Shown here: in pieces, positions 1-12,420 of the stretch
Position numbering within the stretch: the first letter of the stretch is position 1
Layout of the letters: each line of letters starts with the position of its first letter
NCBI RefSeq assembly: GCF_018350175.1
Contig: NC_058369.1
Location: 9,612,001 to 9,676,000 of the forward strand
Length of the DNA stretch: 64,000 bases
Reading direction: 5' to 3'
Origin: Felis catus
Lineage: Eukaryota
Notes under the pieces: model-generated
Seen by the model: only the letters and a program-made list of their open reading frames with translations
Told to the model about the DNA's origin: nothing
Database searches by the model: none
Program-made: the position numbers and the translations under genes

Positions 1-267
1 CAAAGAATAAGAACGCCACAGAGTTTCTGTTTACTGGAAATTCAGGAAGAGAGGCAAACCCTACCCACAGTGAGAGAAAACTGGGGTTGAGTCTGAGCAG
101 GAGCTCCAAGGAGCCTTGGGAGGAGACGGGCTGTTGTGCATCTGGAGGGGAGCAACGTTCCCAGAGTTGTGTAGCTTCGCAACAATTTGTGGCGCTGTGA
201 ACTTGAAGCAGATGCGTGTTACACATCTTGCCCAATGCATCTTAGGCTTCCATTTTTAAAGACTTGT

Positions 268-301
268 TTAAAATTTTTTTAATGTTTTATTTATTTTTGA
301 G

Positions 302-349
<48 letters not shown>

Positions 350-515
350 AGTGTGAGTGGGGGAGGGGCAGAGAGAGAGGGAGACCCAGAATCCGAAGCA
401 GGCTCCGGGCTCCGAGCGGTCAGCCCGGAGCCCGACGCGGGGCTCGAACTCACAAACCGCGAGATCGTGACCTGAGCCGAAGTCGGACGCTTAACCGAAG
501 AGCCACCCAGGCTCC
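268..515 (-). mobile_element. CanSINE (SINEC_Fc)
   Basis: Reverse complement of the tRNA-like head, (CT)n and A-tail. Confidence 0.95.
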
Positions 516-897
516 CCAGGTGGAGACGTGGCCCCAGGTGCCGGAGCCCCCAAGGAGGCAGGAGTTAAGCCTTTCTTTGCCAGCTCCCTTCTCCATGACA
601 ACAGGAGGCCAGAGCACTCAGAGACACTGGCCTCAGCACTTTTTAATCTGAGAGCTTTGGAAAAAGGCTCTGAGTCGGGGGAGGAAGAGGAGACTGCAGA
701 ACTGGTTGGCAAGCTGCTGGGGTGGTGGAAAAAAAAAATGCTTCCAAGGCAAAAAGGATTAAGAACCAGCTCTTCTGGGTTCTGGATGCATCGCCTGGCA
801 GGCTGTGGAGACATTCCCCCCCCCCCCCCTCCATCCCTGCCTCCTCTAGAGAAAAGAGGAGGCGTGATGTTAAAACTTCACCAACCTCCCCCCGACC

Positions 898-930
<33 letters not shown>

Positions 931-1417
931 GAAAAAAGAAAGAAAAATAGAACTCACTTTTAAAATATTTTTTGAAAGCCTTCTAAAAAATATTTAGCCA
1001 GAAAGTGTTCCCAAGAAAATTGGGTACAAATACTGGGTCAGTCTAACTGAAGAAATGCAGGCGTATTTTTGGGCTCCGTGACTGTCTGGTCGGCAGTCTT
1101 GGGTGGGGGCAGGTATCTTAGGGTCCAGATGCTTAATCCCTAGATGTGTCATCTAAACAGAAGAAAAAAAAAATTTCTGTGTGCTTCGCTTTTAAGCGCC
1201 GTCATACTAAGATTTCAGAGCTGGGAACTGGCTTTTGCTCCCCGGCATGAGCCACAAAAGGAACTTTTAAGTTAACCCAGGCAAAAAGATGTGATCGTGA
1301 ACGCGCATCCGCAGGTGAATTAGGCACTTCGTGAATAAGGGTTGTCAACTTGTGATCCTCGAGCCATCGCCTGTGCGGAAGGGACTGCTGTGTCCGCCAA
1401 CATCCCGGCAGGCGGAG

Positions 1418-1466
1418 GGACTACATTTCCCAGCTGCCCTGGCCACTCCGTGTGGTCACGTGACCA
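1418..1466 (+). promoter_or_regulatory. ZNF143/THAP11-type motif next to a palindromic USF/TFE (CLEAR-type) E-box
   Basis: GGACTACATTTCCCAGCTGCCC (1418-1439) and perfect palindrome TGGTCACGTGACCA (1453-1466) in CpG-enriched non-repeat sequence. Confidence 0.6.
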
Positions 1467-2199
1467 GTGACATGCCAGCAGAAGTTTTAGGTGCCGATTC
1501 TGGACCTTGAGGAAAGGGACAAGGGACACGTCTTCCCATTTGGCCGTAACCCTTGGGGAGCCCAGGGCATGATGACACCCGGAGAACGGTATCTTGGTCC
1601 GAGTTCCCCCAAAAGGAGACCCGGAGACAAGGATGTGAAATGACCCCAGAAAACCCCAGTGGGGGAATGGGGAAGTGAGACGGAGTAGGGGAGGCAGCCA
1701 GTTACCACCAGGCACGCCTCGGATTCCATCCTGCTGGAGAGTTCTGGAAGGCAGCATGGAACACACACACACACACACACCCCTCCGAGCCCTCCTTCCC
1801 AAGGGGGGGGGGGGGGCGGGAATTTGGCGCACGTATCCACCACGCCTCCAGGGGGAGGGGGTGGTCTCCCCAACACTTGAGGCTCGCCTTGCTTGTACCC
1901 ACAGCGAACTCTGGCTGCCAGGCAGGGCTCGGAGGCAGACAGAGGCAGGTGCTGTCCATGGAGAACCGGGCGATGAGCTCCAGAAATGGTAGGTGCCAGA
2001 GGCGCTGCGTGGGGAACGGAACTGCGTCTGCAGCGGCGGCAAAAGCCACACGACCTGCATAATCGCCTGGCGCAGAGCCACCCCACCGCCGTAACAGGCG
2101 AGACCGTAACGGGCGAAAGAAAGAGACGCCTGCCCTCTTTCAGACCTGGAATTTGCACTGGGCCTCTTGTTATAGCTGCCTAGCCTCACCCCGGTGAAG

Positions 2200-2878
2200 A
2201 GATCCGCCTTCTTTCCATCGAACGTGGGGGCCACAGTTGCAGGGATAAGAGCACCTGTGGTCTTCACCCAGTATCTCGGCGGAGAGTCACAAAAGCGCTA
2301 TGCCAGATGCTACCGGTGTCCCACCCACCATATCCCTCAATGAGTGTTGAAGGTGGAGGCCAGCCAGAAGTGTCCTGGGAAGCAATTAACGTCCTCAACT
2401 GCTGACAACCCAGCCCCCTTGCCGCTCGGCGGGGTGACTCTGAAAAGCATGCTCTCTGCTGCCTCCCAGAGGCCCATGATGGAACTGAGCCCCAGTTACC
2501 CACTGTGGTACCTGCCTTGCTAACATTCCCTTAACCACCTGCCTGCCTGCCTTCACCTCACGCCTCCTTTCCCTCCTGGTGTTTCCTGGGCCACCTCCCA
2601 AATAACTATTTGCACTTGAATTCTTTTTTTTTTAATGCTTATTTATTTTTGAGAGAGTCCCAGCGGGGGAGGCTCAGAGAGAGAGGGGAACAGAGGATCT
2701 GAAGCAGACTCAGTGCTGACAGCAGAGAGCCCGATGTGGGGCTCGAACTCATGAAGCATGAGATCGTGACCTGAGCCGAAATCAAGAGTCAGAGGTCCAA
2801 CCGACTGAGCCACCCAGGGGCCCCCGCACTTGAGTTCTTGTCCCAGGATCTGCCTCAGAGAGCCCAAACTAAGACCCC
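2200..2878 (+). mobile_element. Old ERVL-type LTR (LTR16-like) interrupted by a minus-strand CanSINE (about 2625-2826)
   Basis: Typical 3' end cacctcccaaataactatttgcacttgaa...cccaaactaagac; SINE flanked by duplicated gcacttga. Confidence 0.6.
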
Positions 2879-3782
2879 GACTATTATTACCTCCAACTTA
2901 AAGACCAGGAGACAGAAAATTCATCCCAGGTTCACAGCGAGGAGTCTGGTGCCATGTCTGCCGAGTGTACGATCCTGCCTTGTCCACCAGGCTGCACGCT
3001 TTCAGGAGAAAGTCCTCACACCAAAAGCATTATGGGGAAAATCAGTCTCACCACCTTTTGTTCCCCAAACCGTATTACTCTCCAGGCTTTAAATTTCAAT
3101 CCGACAAACATTTATAGAGCACCCACAGTATACCGTGCACACGCTAGGGCCACGTAGATAACAGATTCGTGGGCTCCCCTCTCAAATAGCTCCGGGTCTA
3201 ACCGGGGAGCTAATATTTAAAGGAAGAAACGCCAAACTGACCAGGAGTTCCGATCGCGGCTGCTGTTGGCCCTCTGGGTTGTTCAAACTGTGAGATGCTT
3301 CCATTCCAGTTGATAAACAGCCACTATCGTTGGTCTCCCCGAGGGCTGCCCATCTGCTGTCCAGGGAGTTGGCCTCCTCCAAGCCACCCTGGACCTCCCC
3401 CTGAGCCAGCATTTCCAGGGGTATTTGGGCACCTAGACGAGTCCCAGGGCCATACTCCAGGGTTACAGTCCTCGTGCACTCTGACAAGACACCTGACCCG
3501 GATCTGATCACTGGGGTGGTGAGTCCTCCGAGGGCGGACCAAACCAGGTGTCATCGGCTTTACCTGAGCTGGACAGGTAAGGCCTGCACTGAGTTGTTTT
3601 TGTTTTGGTGAATGCAGAAAACAACAGCCTATAAGGGGTATGGGATTCTAAGTGGCCTGAAATTAGATAGCGTTGATGGCTGGACAACCTTATGCATATT
3701 ATACAAATCACTGTACGTTTTAAAGGGGTGAGTTTTCTGATATGTGCATTGTATCTCAAGAAAGCTCTTATTTGAAAGGCAG

Positions 3783-3952
3783 AGGGAGGGAGGGAGAGAG
3801 GGGAGGGGGGAAGGAAGGAAGAAGGAAGGAAGGAAGGAAGGAAGGAAGGAAGGAAGGAGGGAGGGAGGGAGGGAAGGAAGGAATAAAGGAAGGAGGGAAG
3901 GAAGGAGGAGGGAGGGAGGAAGGGAGGGAAGGCGGGAGGGAGGAAGAAAGGA
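3783..3952 (+). repeat. (GGAA/GGGA)n microsatellite
   Basis: Direct inspection. Confidence 0.95.
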
Positions 3953-4054
3953 AGACAAAACCAGGGCCTAAATCCTTTTCCTAACACCCCTGGCACTGGG
4001 CCTGGAACAAAGGAGGGGAGAGTTAAGCACTCACTCTGGGCACAGAACGTAACA

Positions 4055-4502
4055 GTTGCCCTGCCGGGTACTCGTGAGCTGGGGCCACCAAAACATCGCA
4101 CGCACGCGGAGCGGCTTCAGCACCAGGAAAGTATGGTCCCCGGTTCTAGAGACTGGAAGCCCGAGATCACGGCGTTGGCGGGGCCCGGCTCCCTCTGCGA
4201 ACCCTAAGGAAGGCTCCATCCCAGGCCTCCCTCCTCCCTGCTGGTAGCTCTCTGGTCGGTGGCAACATAATTCAGTCTTGACACAGCGTTCTCCCCGAGC
4301 GCACGTGTCTCTGTGTCCAAATGTCCCCTTTTCCTAAGGACGCCGGTTGTACTGGGTCAGGGCCCGCCCTCCTCCAGCCTCCTCTCATCTTAACGGATCA
4401 CATCGGCAACGACCCTGCTCCAAACAAGGTCACACCCTGAGGAACTGGGAGTTAGGGCTTCAACGCAGGAATTTCCAGGGGTGACACAATTCACCCCAGA
4501 AC
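4055..4502. mobile_element. MaLR LTR (MLT1 family)
   Basis: Motifs ggttctagagactggaagcccgagatca, aaggtcacaccctgaggaactgggagttagggcttcaac, cacaattcacc. Confidence 0.75.
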
Positions 4503-4514
4503 ACACGCCAAGCC

Positions 4515-4767
4515 CTACTGGAGCCTGAGGCCAAAGGAATGGCCGGAAATACTGATCTTGCCCCTATGTTCAATTTTGATATTTTGCTCATCACCGCTGT
4601 TTGTGTTGATTTTTATTTAAAAAAAAACAGACATTGCGTTAGGGGCAGCTGGGTGGCCCAGTCGGTTAAGCATCCAACTCTAGACTTTGGTTCAGGTCAT
4701 GATCTCACGGTTTGTGAGTTTGAGCCTCACGGCAGGCTCCGTGCTGGCGGTGTGGAGCCTGCTTGGG

Positions 4768-4807
<40 letters not shown>

Positions 4808-4957
4808 CCACCCCACCCCTCCCCAGCTCACTCTAAGTAAATAAAAATAAACTTAAAAAAAAAATACTGTGTTAAAATATTTATCTTGATGAGTTTTGGG
4901 GGGGGCCCTTACATTTTGCACCCAAAGCTAATGCTGCACTAGCCTCACCCCAGTCCG
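4515..4957 (-). mobile_element. hAT MITE (MER96B-like) interrupted by a plus-strand CanSINE (4641-4865)
   Basis: aatatttatcttgatgag...acattttgcaccc...gcctcaccc end motif. Confidence 0.5.
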
Positions 4958-5077
4958 TGTCTGGCATTTTCCGCAAGTTCAAGTTTTCTGCCAGTGGTTC
5001 CCCAACCACACCTGCAAATTTCCTGTCTGCCCTCCAATGGGACTCGCTCAGGCCTAGGAGGTTAAGGGAGCTGGGCT

Positions 5078-5990
5078 CTTCCTTCCTTCCCTCCTTCCTT
5101 CCTTCCTTCCTTCCTCCCTCCCTCCCTCCCTCCCTCCCTTCTTTTTTTCTTTTTTAATGTGTATTTATTTTGAGAGAGGGAACATGCACACAGGAGCAGA
5201 GGGAAAGGCAGAGAGAGAGAGAGGGAGACAGAATCCCAAGCAGGAGCCGCACTGTCAGCACAGAGCCGGACGCGGGGCTCGAACCCACGAACCGTGAGAT
5301 CAGGACCTGAGCCGAGATCAAGAGTCAGCCGCTCAACCGACTGAGCCCCCCAGCCACCCCAGGTTCTTTCTTATCTGCCCCTCCCGCCTTCCTGGGCTTC
5401 ACTTCCCCCTTAACCTGAGGCTGTCTTGCTGTCCGCCCCGGAAGACAGAGAGACAGATGTCTTCTCGTCACGAGGGCAAAGCCGACAGCGGGGAGCTCAG
5501 CGCTCTCTCTGTCATCTCTCAGGTGGACCCCTCGGCGAGCCCAGCCGTGTCTTGTTTCTCTACTGCCTGGGTCCCTCCGGTTGGTGAAAAAGCCATTCTG
5601 GAGCAAGCCTTTTTTCTGCTTGGCCAGTAACCTTGAAAATGCGTGGCCTCGGTGACATTTACTTCGACCCTTTCGAGACACACAGAAATGATCCTCCTGG
5701 CCCCACCTGTGTGGATGCAAACCTGCCAAAGGCCTTGTTGTTCTAAGACTTGACTAGAATGGTTCAGCACGGGGCCCCCGGGTGGCTCGGTCGGCTGGGC
5801 GACCGACTTCGGCTCAGGTCGTGATCTCGCGGTCCATGAGTTCGAACCCCGCGTCGGGCTCTGTGCTGACAGCTCGGAGCCTGGAGCCCGCTTCCGATTC
5901 TGCGTCTCCCCCTCTCTCTGCCCCTCCCCTGCTCATGCCCAGTGTCTCTCTGCCTCTCAATCATAAATCAATGTTAAAAAAAAAAATTTT
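5078..5990. mobile_element. (TCCT)n tract followed by oppositely oriented CanSINEs (5145-5362 minus; 5771-5990 plus)
   Basis: SINEC consensus motifs. Confidence 0.9.
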
Positions 5991-6199
5991 AGAAGGCGGG
6001 GGAGGGCTGCCGGAGAGGAGGAGGGGGCGGGGACACCCTCCGGAGCGGCAGGCAGGATCCAACAAGGTTATTTCAGAAAGAGCTATTTTAATTCATTCAT
6101 ATATTACCCACTCTTATGCACAAAGAACGCATCTCAAATTACGGGCAAGGTTCAAACTTGATACATCTCCTAGTAGCGACAAGAACACGAATAAGAACA

Positions 6200-6400
6200 A
6201 ATAGGAAACACGTTCCCAGCAGCCACGGCACACCAGGCACTTTACCTGTATCAACGCACCTTAGGACGCACACAGGACCACCGTCCCATTTTACAGATGA
6301 GGAAACCAAGGTCCAGAGCGGTGAAGGGACTTGCCCAAGGCCACACAGCCGGTAAGCAGCAGAACTCACACCCACCCCGTTTGGGCCACACCGCCCGGTC
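6200..6400 (-). mobile_element. MIR fragment
   Basis: cccattttacagatgaggaaaccaagg...gacttgcccaaggccacacagc core. Confidence 0.8.
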
Positions 6401-6872
6401 TCTGAGCCGCTCTGTTCCAGCTGCCCCTGTGACTAACATCACCATGGTAAGAGCACGGATTATGCGAATCGTGGCAATAGGAATCATCACGGACCTGCAA
6501 CACTAAACACTATCAGTGTGATCGTAATAGCGACCCAACCCTGCATCATTTGGAGAGTGAAAGGCATGGAACTCCCAACAGAAATGTAAATCCTAGAATA
6601 TCCAGCGTCCTGTATCATCCAACCTGGTTTTATTCTCTGAGAGGAGGCTCCTGGTGCCTCTTTACGGGGCTGGGGCGTCTATCCCCAGGCTCCTGTGAGT
6701 TGGGCTGCTGAGTTCCCGGCCCAGTTCCCAGCCCCCCGGGGATCAGTTCTATGGCGTTCTTCCTGTTCCAGGGCCCTGCACCCCCTGCCACTGGCATCAG
6801 GCAGGGGCTGAACCCACATCCTTAGTCTGGACGCCCCCCTGCCCTTTGCTGCTTCCCGCATTTTCCGTTGAC

Positions 6873-6988
6873 CACCGGTTCTCAACCTGGAAAGCACCCC
6901 CACCCCCACCCCCAGAGGTTCTGGCTTAATTTGTAAGGCATGAAGCCCGGCCATCAGGACTTTTCAGAACCTCCTCAGTTTGAGAAGG
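6873..6988. mobile_element. MER5-like hAT-Charlie MITE
   Basis: ggttctcaacctgg...cccagaggttctggcttaatt...tttgagaa. Confidence 0.6.
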
Positions 6989-8099
6989 CCTGCCTTGGCG
7001 GTCTCTCCCGAGAACACCCCCTCGATAAATCCCTTGCCCAAGACTCCCCATCCCATTTCAGGGAACCTGACGCAAGACAGGTGTTCTAGGCAGAATGTGC
7101 CCTCCCGGCAGCGAGGACCTGTCACTGGGGCGGGTGCGGAAAATTCCTCTTCCGTGCCCGGAGGCGGGGGGGGGAGGCCCAACCCACGGGCAGGACGGCA
7201 GCCTGGTCATGCGGACGGAGCAGAAAAGCCAGGGGTGGCTGGAGGGGGCGTGAGAGAAAGTTTGTGCACGTGTGAGAGAGGGACAGAGGGAGACAGAGAC
7301 CGAGAGGCCCAGAGGGAGGGGGACACTGACGGAGAAGAGAGGGATTCAGACAGACAGGGACAGAGAAACAGGAGACCAGAGAAAGACAGAAACAGACAGA
7401 GAGAGAGAGAGAGAGAGAAGATGAATTCATAGAGATGGAAAAAGAGGAAGCCCTTTCTATGTTCAGCCCTGCCCGCTATGTTGGCAAAGACCACGACGAG
7501 GGTGTCTCTGACCACCCCCCCATTCAAGGCGCCCCGAGACCTGCCTTGGGACCCCTGCCCACCGGCACTGGGGAGGGGACCTCCAGGAGGGCTCCCAGAG
7601 CTACCTGTGGTCTCATCTGATGCGGCCGAGGCAGCGCCTCCTTGGGGCTCTGCGGTACTCACTAGCTCTGCTTCGTTAAATTCAGCTTCGGCTCCTCGGC
7701 TCTGAGCAAACTGCCTCTTCGCGAAGGAACGGGAGAGGGACTAAACCTGTTTACAGTGTCTGAAACCCACTCACGGCAATATTTTGCAACCTTCGCAATA
7801 ATGACTCGGATTCCCATCTCAGAGGTCTCTCAGGCGCCCAGGTGGGCGCGGGGACCTCCGAGGCCACCTGGCGCGGGGGTTGGGGGGCCTCACGCCGGGG
7901 TCGTGGGGTCCAACCCCGGCTCTTGCAGCTGACCTGCCGGGAGCCCGCGGGGTGGCTCGTCCATGCCTCTGTCGACGGGATCGGTGATTTCCGCCCCCTC
8001 GGATTTCTGGAACCGATGAGAGGAAATGCTGGGGGCTGAGCTCGGTGGCTGGCAGATATTGGAGGCCGACAGCTGGCTGGTTCCGATGGAACAAGACCC

Positions 8100-8260
8100 G
8101 GAGTCTGGACGCCGGCGTTCGAATGCCACTCGTGCCCTGTGTGACCCAGGGCAAGTGGCCTGACCTCTCTGTGCCTGTTTCTCCGTGTGTAAAAAGGGGA
8201 CGATGAGCGTGCCTAGCTCATGAGGCTGTCGTCAGGTTACTTAAGTTAATCCTCGGAAAG
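8100..8260 (+). mobile_element. MIR fragment
   Basis: ctgtgtgacccagggcaagtggcctgacctctctgtgcctgtttctccgtgtgtaaaa. Confidence 0.75.
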
Positions 8261-8678
8261 TATTTTGCAAATCGGTACAACCCCAGAAGGCGCCATCGCA
8301 TACATAGTCTGAGACTCAGGAGCCAAGCCACCCAGTGGGTGAATCTGGGCAGATGATGGTCAACCTCAATGTCGTCATTAGCGACTGGTTCGTAGAGGGG
8401 CGGCCTGGGCCAATGTGGATCCGATATGACCCAGGGAGAAGTTTACCAGGCTCTTCTGGTGGTACAGAGAGCATCGCAGGAAATCAGTGTTTCCCTCTTC
8501 CTAAACGTGGATGGGGCATTTGTCAATTGCGGTGACAACCATCCTTCTCAGACCCATTCGCGTGACCCGCTTCCAGACTATGCTTCCTTTATACTATCCC
8601 ACCGTCATCTTACTGTTAACTAGCAAGTCTCTGCCTAAAATTCCAAGCAGAAGTCTCTGTTCAAAAAGTCTGCCTTCC

Positions 8679-8886
8679 TGGGGCGCCTGGGTGGCTCAGT
8701 CAGGTAAGCGTCGGACTCTTGATTTCAGCCCAGGTCGTGGTCTCACAGTTCATGACACTGACGTTGTGGAGCCTGCTTGGGATTCTCCCTCTCTCTCTCC
8801 CTCTCTCTCTCTCTCTGCCCCTTCCCTGCTTACATACTCTCACTCTCTTGCGCTCTCTCAAAATAAATTAATAAACTTTTTTTTTT
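8679..8886 (+). mobile_element. CanSINE
   Basis: ggggcgcctgggtggctcag head and (CT)n/A tail. Confidence 0.9.
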
Positions 8887-10389
8887 AAGTGTACATTCCT
8901 GGGAGAACGCCGTGAGGTCACTCGTTTAATCAGCCCGCGTTTATCCAGCAAACCACTCTCTGCTTTGCACCACACAAGGCAGTAGGAGGGATTCGAACGC
9001 GGTCCCATAAAAGTTCTCATTCGTTTATTCTTCTGTGTGTCCGTTCATTCAAAAATACTTGCGGAGTGCCTACTGATTCTCCGCAAGTTTTAGATGCCGG
9101 GATACAACACACAGCCCAAGGTCTTGCCCACGGAGGGCTGAGGTCCTGGGACGCAGGTGGAAAGAAACAAACCATAGGCACCAGAGCAGAGGACTAGGTG
9201 GTTAAACAGCGACGTCGGGACTGTAAATGTTATGAAAGTTTCAAGGAGCCTTCGCCGAAGCTATTTTTAACGAATCGATAGTATTTGGAAAGGAATTAGA
9301 AGCGCAGGGAAGAGCGTGCTCCCACGTAGCAGAGGGGAAACCAGGCTGCCGGGACCTGCGGAAGTCACAAAGGCTAGGATCGCGGTCGGGATGGCCTCCC
9401 TGCGGCTGCCGCGACAGACGGGCCCAAAGCCCCAGGGGTTTAAAAGAACGGACGTTTAGTTCTTGCTCCGGCGGCGTGTTCGACGCGGGAGCAGGAGGCA
9501 GGGAGAGCGTGGCAGGTCACAGACTGGCTTTCGTTCACATTTTCTCACCCAGAGCAAGTCACGTGGCCATCCTCCGGGTGGAGAACCGGAAATGTCAGCT
9601 GACCTCGCGCGGTGCCTGCTTGCTGAGCGGTTACGATCGCCGCCCAACGCCCCGGCGGCTCGGTGCCCGGAACAACAGGAGGAACAGAGTAAACGTCCGA
9701 TGAGAACCCAGATGGGAAGGCTTGGTGGCATCTCGAAGAATGGAAGTGATGAGTGGGGGGGGGGGGGGGGGGGGGGCGGCAACAGTCCGAGAAAGTGACG
9801 GCGAGGCTGGTCCATGTAGACTGACGGGGACCGGAACTCGGTGTCAGAGGCGGGGTTCCGGGATGCCCCCACCAATGCTGGACGAGCCAGGCAGTTCGAA
9901 GCAAGCACGGAAAGGGCGCGGTGACACCGCTGAGTCCCAGGGTGGAAAGAAAGAGAGGAGTCAAAACGTGACTCCCACGTGTGGCCTGACACTCGGTGAG
10001 TGGGGAACACATGTGCCCCCCAGCGATCCCCACCCCCTCCCCCCGCCCCCCGCCACTGCACACGACCGGGGCATCTAGCTTTCAGCCACCGCTCACCTGA
10101 ACTCCCTGCCTTCTTCCCTCTCTCGGCCTACCTGCTCTCTCTCTCTTGGATCTCGTCACTCTTGGTCTGTTCTGGAATGATCTCCTGCTTATCTTTGGCT
10201 CTTGCCTCTTGAGCCCCTTAGAAAGCTGTGGCTAATCGCTCTGTTTATACCTCTCCTAAAGCATTTGCCTCGCCGAACCAGTCTACGGTTAGGTCTTTGG
10301 CGTCACTGAGGGCACCGACCGGGAAGCCTCTATCCTCCACATCTCTGACATACGACACAGGAGCTGAGCCCCCCCCCCCGCCCCCACCC

Positions 10390-10630
10390 CAACCCCGGCA
10401 ACATCCTTTTTCACCACTCTCCCCCGCTCACTCGCCTTGCTCCAGCCACACCGGCTGCCTTTGCTGGTCCTCAAACACACCGGGCATGTGCCTGCCTCAG
10501 GACCTTTGCATTTGCTCTTCTCCCTACCTGGAACTTCCTTCTCCAAGAACTTTGCATGGAAGCCTCATCCTCCTCATGCAGGACTCAACTCAAACGTCAG
10601 ACGGGCCATCCCTGACCACCTTTTCTAAGA
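10390..10630 (+). mobile_element. L2 fragment
   Basis: ctccagccacacc...cctcaggacctttgcatttgct...cctggaac. Confidence 0.7.
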
Positions 10631-10939
10631 CACTCCAGTCAGGGTCACACAGGACCCCCTCACCCTGGATTACGCAATTGCCCTCCTCATTCCACAGATG
10701 TGTCCACTGAGGCACGTGAGGTTGGGCCAGTGATCGATACACAAGGCAACGGAGTCTGCATGTGGTGCCTGAAGTGGGGTGCTGTCGGACGCAGGATCGT
10801 TACAAAGCTGGCGAGAAGGTGGGGCAGGATTAGAACACGGACACTCTCGGCTCCCAAGGCCACAGGTTTAAACGCTCTGGCCTGTCTCACAATTCCTCCA
10901 GAATCTACCCCCTTCTCCCCACTCTGTTCTGCCCTCTAA

Positions 10940-11020
10940 CTTCTTTTTTCTTTTTGAGAGAGAGGGGAGGGAGAGAGTACGTGTGTGCATGAGCAGGGGA
11001 GGGGCAAAGGGAAAGACACA

Positions 11021-11066
<46 letters not shown>

Positions 11067-11189
11067 CTTAAGCAGGCTCCACGCTCAGCATGAATCCTGA
11101 CATGGGGCTCGATCCCCCGACCCTGGGATCATGACCTGAGCCGAAATCAGGAGTCCAACACTCAACCCACTGAGCCACTCAGGCGCCCC
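10940..11189 (-). mobile_element. CanSINE
   Basis: SINEC consensus, reverse orientation. Confidence 0.9.
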
Positions 11190-11324
11190 TGACCTCCAGC
11201 TTCTCACGGCCTCCCGGGTAACTCCACTTTGACCCTCCCCAGACTCGAAACCTCAGGGTTCCCTCTGAACATATCTCTTCTTCCGTTCACCAGACCAAGG
11301 AGGACTTAACTTGTTTTTCATTCA

Positions 11325-12420
11325 GGGAGTCCGTGACTTTGGCTGGGGGGGGGAAAAAGGCACATCCTAAGGTTCACTACCTCTGGCTGAAATTATGAAT
11401 GGAGGCAAAAAAAAAAAAAAAAAAGCAGTAGCATTAACAGTGTTAGAGCAGCACCTGTGACTCCGTCATCAACGGAAACCACATTTTTATGTCCCATGAC
11501 AATTACTGCAGCGATCTTGAAGTATCATTGACTCTCATCACTACCTTGAGATTGTTACGCTTGTCACTAGAGCTTGGTTCTTACGTGTTATTAAAGAAGC
11601 ATATTTGTAAGAATAGGGCAAACCCGTTGCTTACGACAGGCTGGCTACAGGGGCGCCTGAGTGGCTCATTCGGTTGAGCGGCCAGCTCTTCAGTTCAACT
11701 CAGGTCATGATCTCACAGTTCGTGGGTTCGAGCCCCGTGCCGGGCGCTGCCCTAAAGGCGCGGAGCCCGCTTGGGGCCCTCGGTCTCCCTCTCTCTCTGC
11801 CCCTCCCTCCTGCAGAAAAAATTTTTTTAATTAAAAAAAAATTTTTTTTCACTACATTTATTTATTTTTAAGAGACGAAGAGAGACAGAGCACAAGCGGG
11901 GGAGGGGCAGAGAGAGAGAGAGGGAGGCACGGAATCCCTGAAGCAGGCTCCGGGCTCCGAGCTGTCAGCACAGAACCCGACGCAGGGCTCGAACTCACAA
12001 ACCGCAAGATCATGACCTGAGCCGGAGTGGCGCCCCAGCATAAATAAGCTTTTTTTTTTTTTTATAAATTTTTTTTTCAGCGTTTTTATTTATTTTTGGG
12101 ACAGAGAGAGACAGAGCATGAACGGGGGAGGGGCAGAGAGAGAGGGAGACACAGAATCGGAAACAGGCTCCAGGCTCCGAGCCATCAGCCCAGAGCCTGA
12201 CGCGGGGCTCGAACTCCCGGACCGCGAGATCGTGACCTGGCTGAAGTCGGACGCTTCACCGACTGCGCCACCCAGGCGCCCCATGCTTTTTTTTTAAAGA
12301 CATTTTGGTTACGAACTTTCATTACAACTGGTCTTCTTTGCATTTGATTTCACGCATTCTAAAAACACGATTCTGAAAAGGGGTCCCCGTGCTTGATCGA
12401 ACTGCAAAGGGCTCCTCGCG
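11325..12420. mobile_element. Old hAT-Charlie DNA transposon (Charlie4-like) split by three CanSINEs (11650-11840 plus; 11850-12036 minus; 12048-12282 minus)
   Basis: ttcactacctctggctgaaattatgaat...cacctgtgact...ctcatcactacc, continuing after the SINEs as aaaaacacgattctgaaaaggggtcc. Confidence 0.6.

Noticed and set aside
268..453. Recurrent MAQSVKRPTSAQV / SSPASGS / GRGRERGRHRIG ORFs throughout the window
   Set aside because: CanSINE translations
1320..2267. Longest ORF in the track (315 aa, minus strand)
   Set aside because: Non-ATG start, runs through (TG)n and poly-C tracts, no recognisable domain; typical GC-rich chance ORF
3508..4101. PSFLPSFL and EGRKEGRK repetitive ORFs (also 55314-55802)
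   Set aside because: Translations of purine/pyrimidine microsatellites
4116..4135. TTCAGCACC RE1 left half
   Set aside because: Lies in MLT1 LTR sequence and lacks the GGACAG half
10091..10100. Strong minus-strand donor CAG|GTGAGC next to a CpG-enriched patch (about 9.3-10.1 kb)
   Set aside because: No convincing acceptor or coding frame upstream; such donors occur by chance
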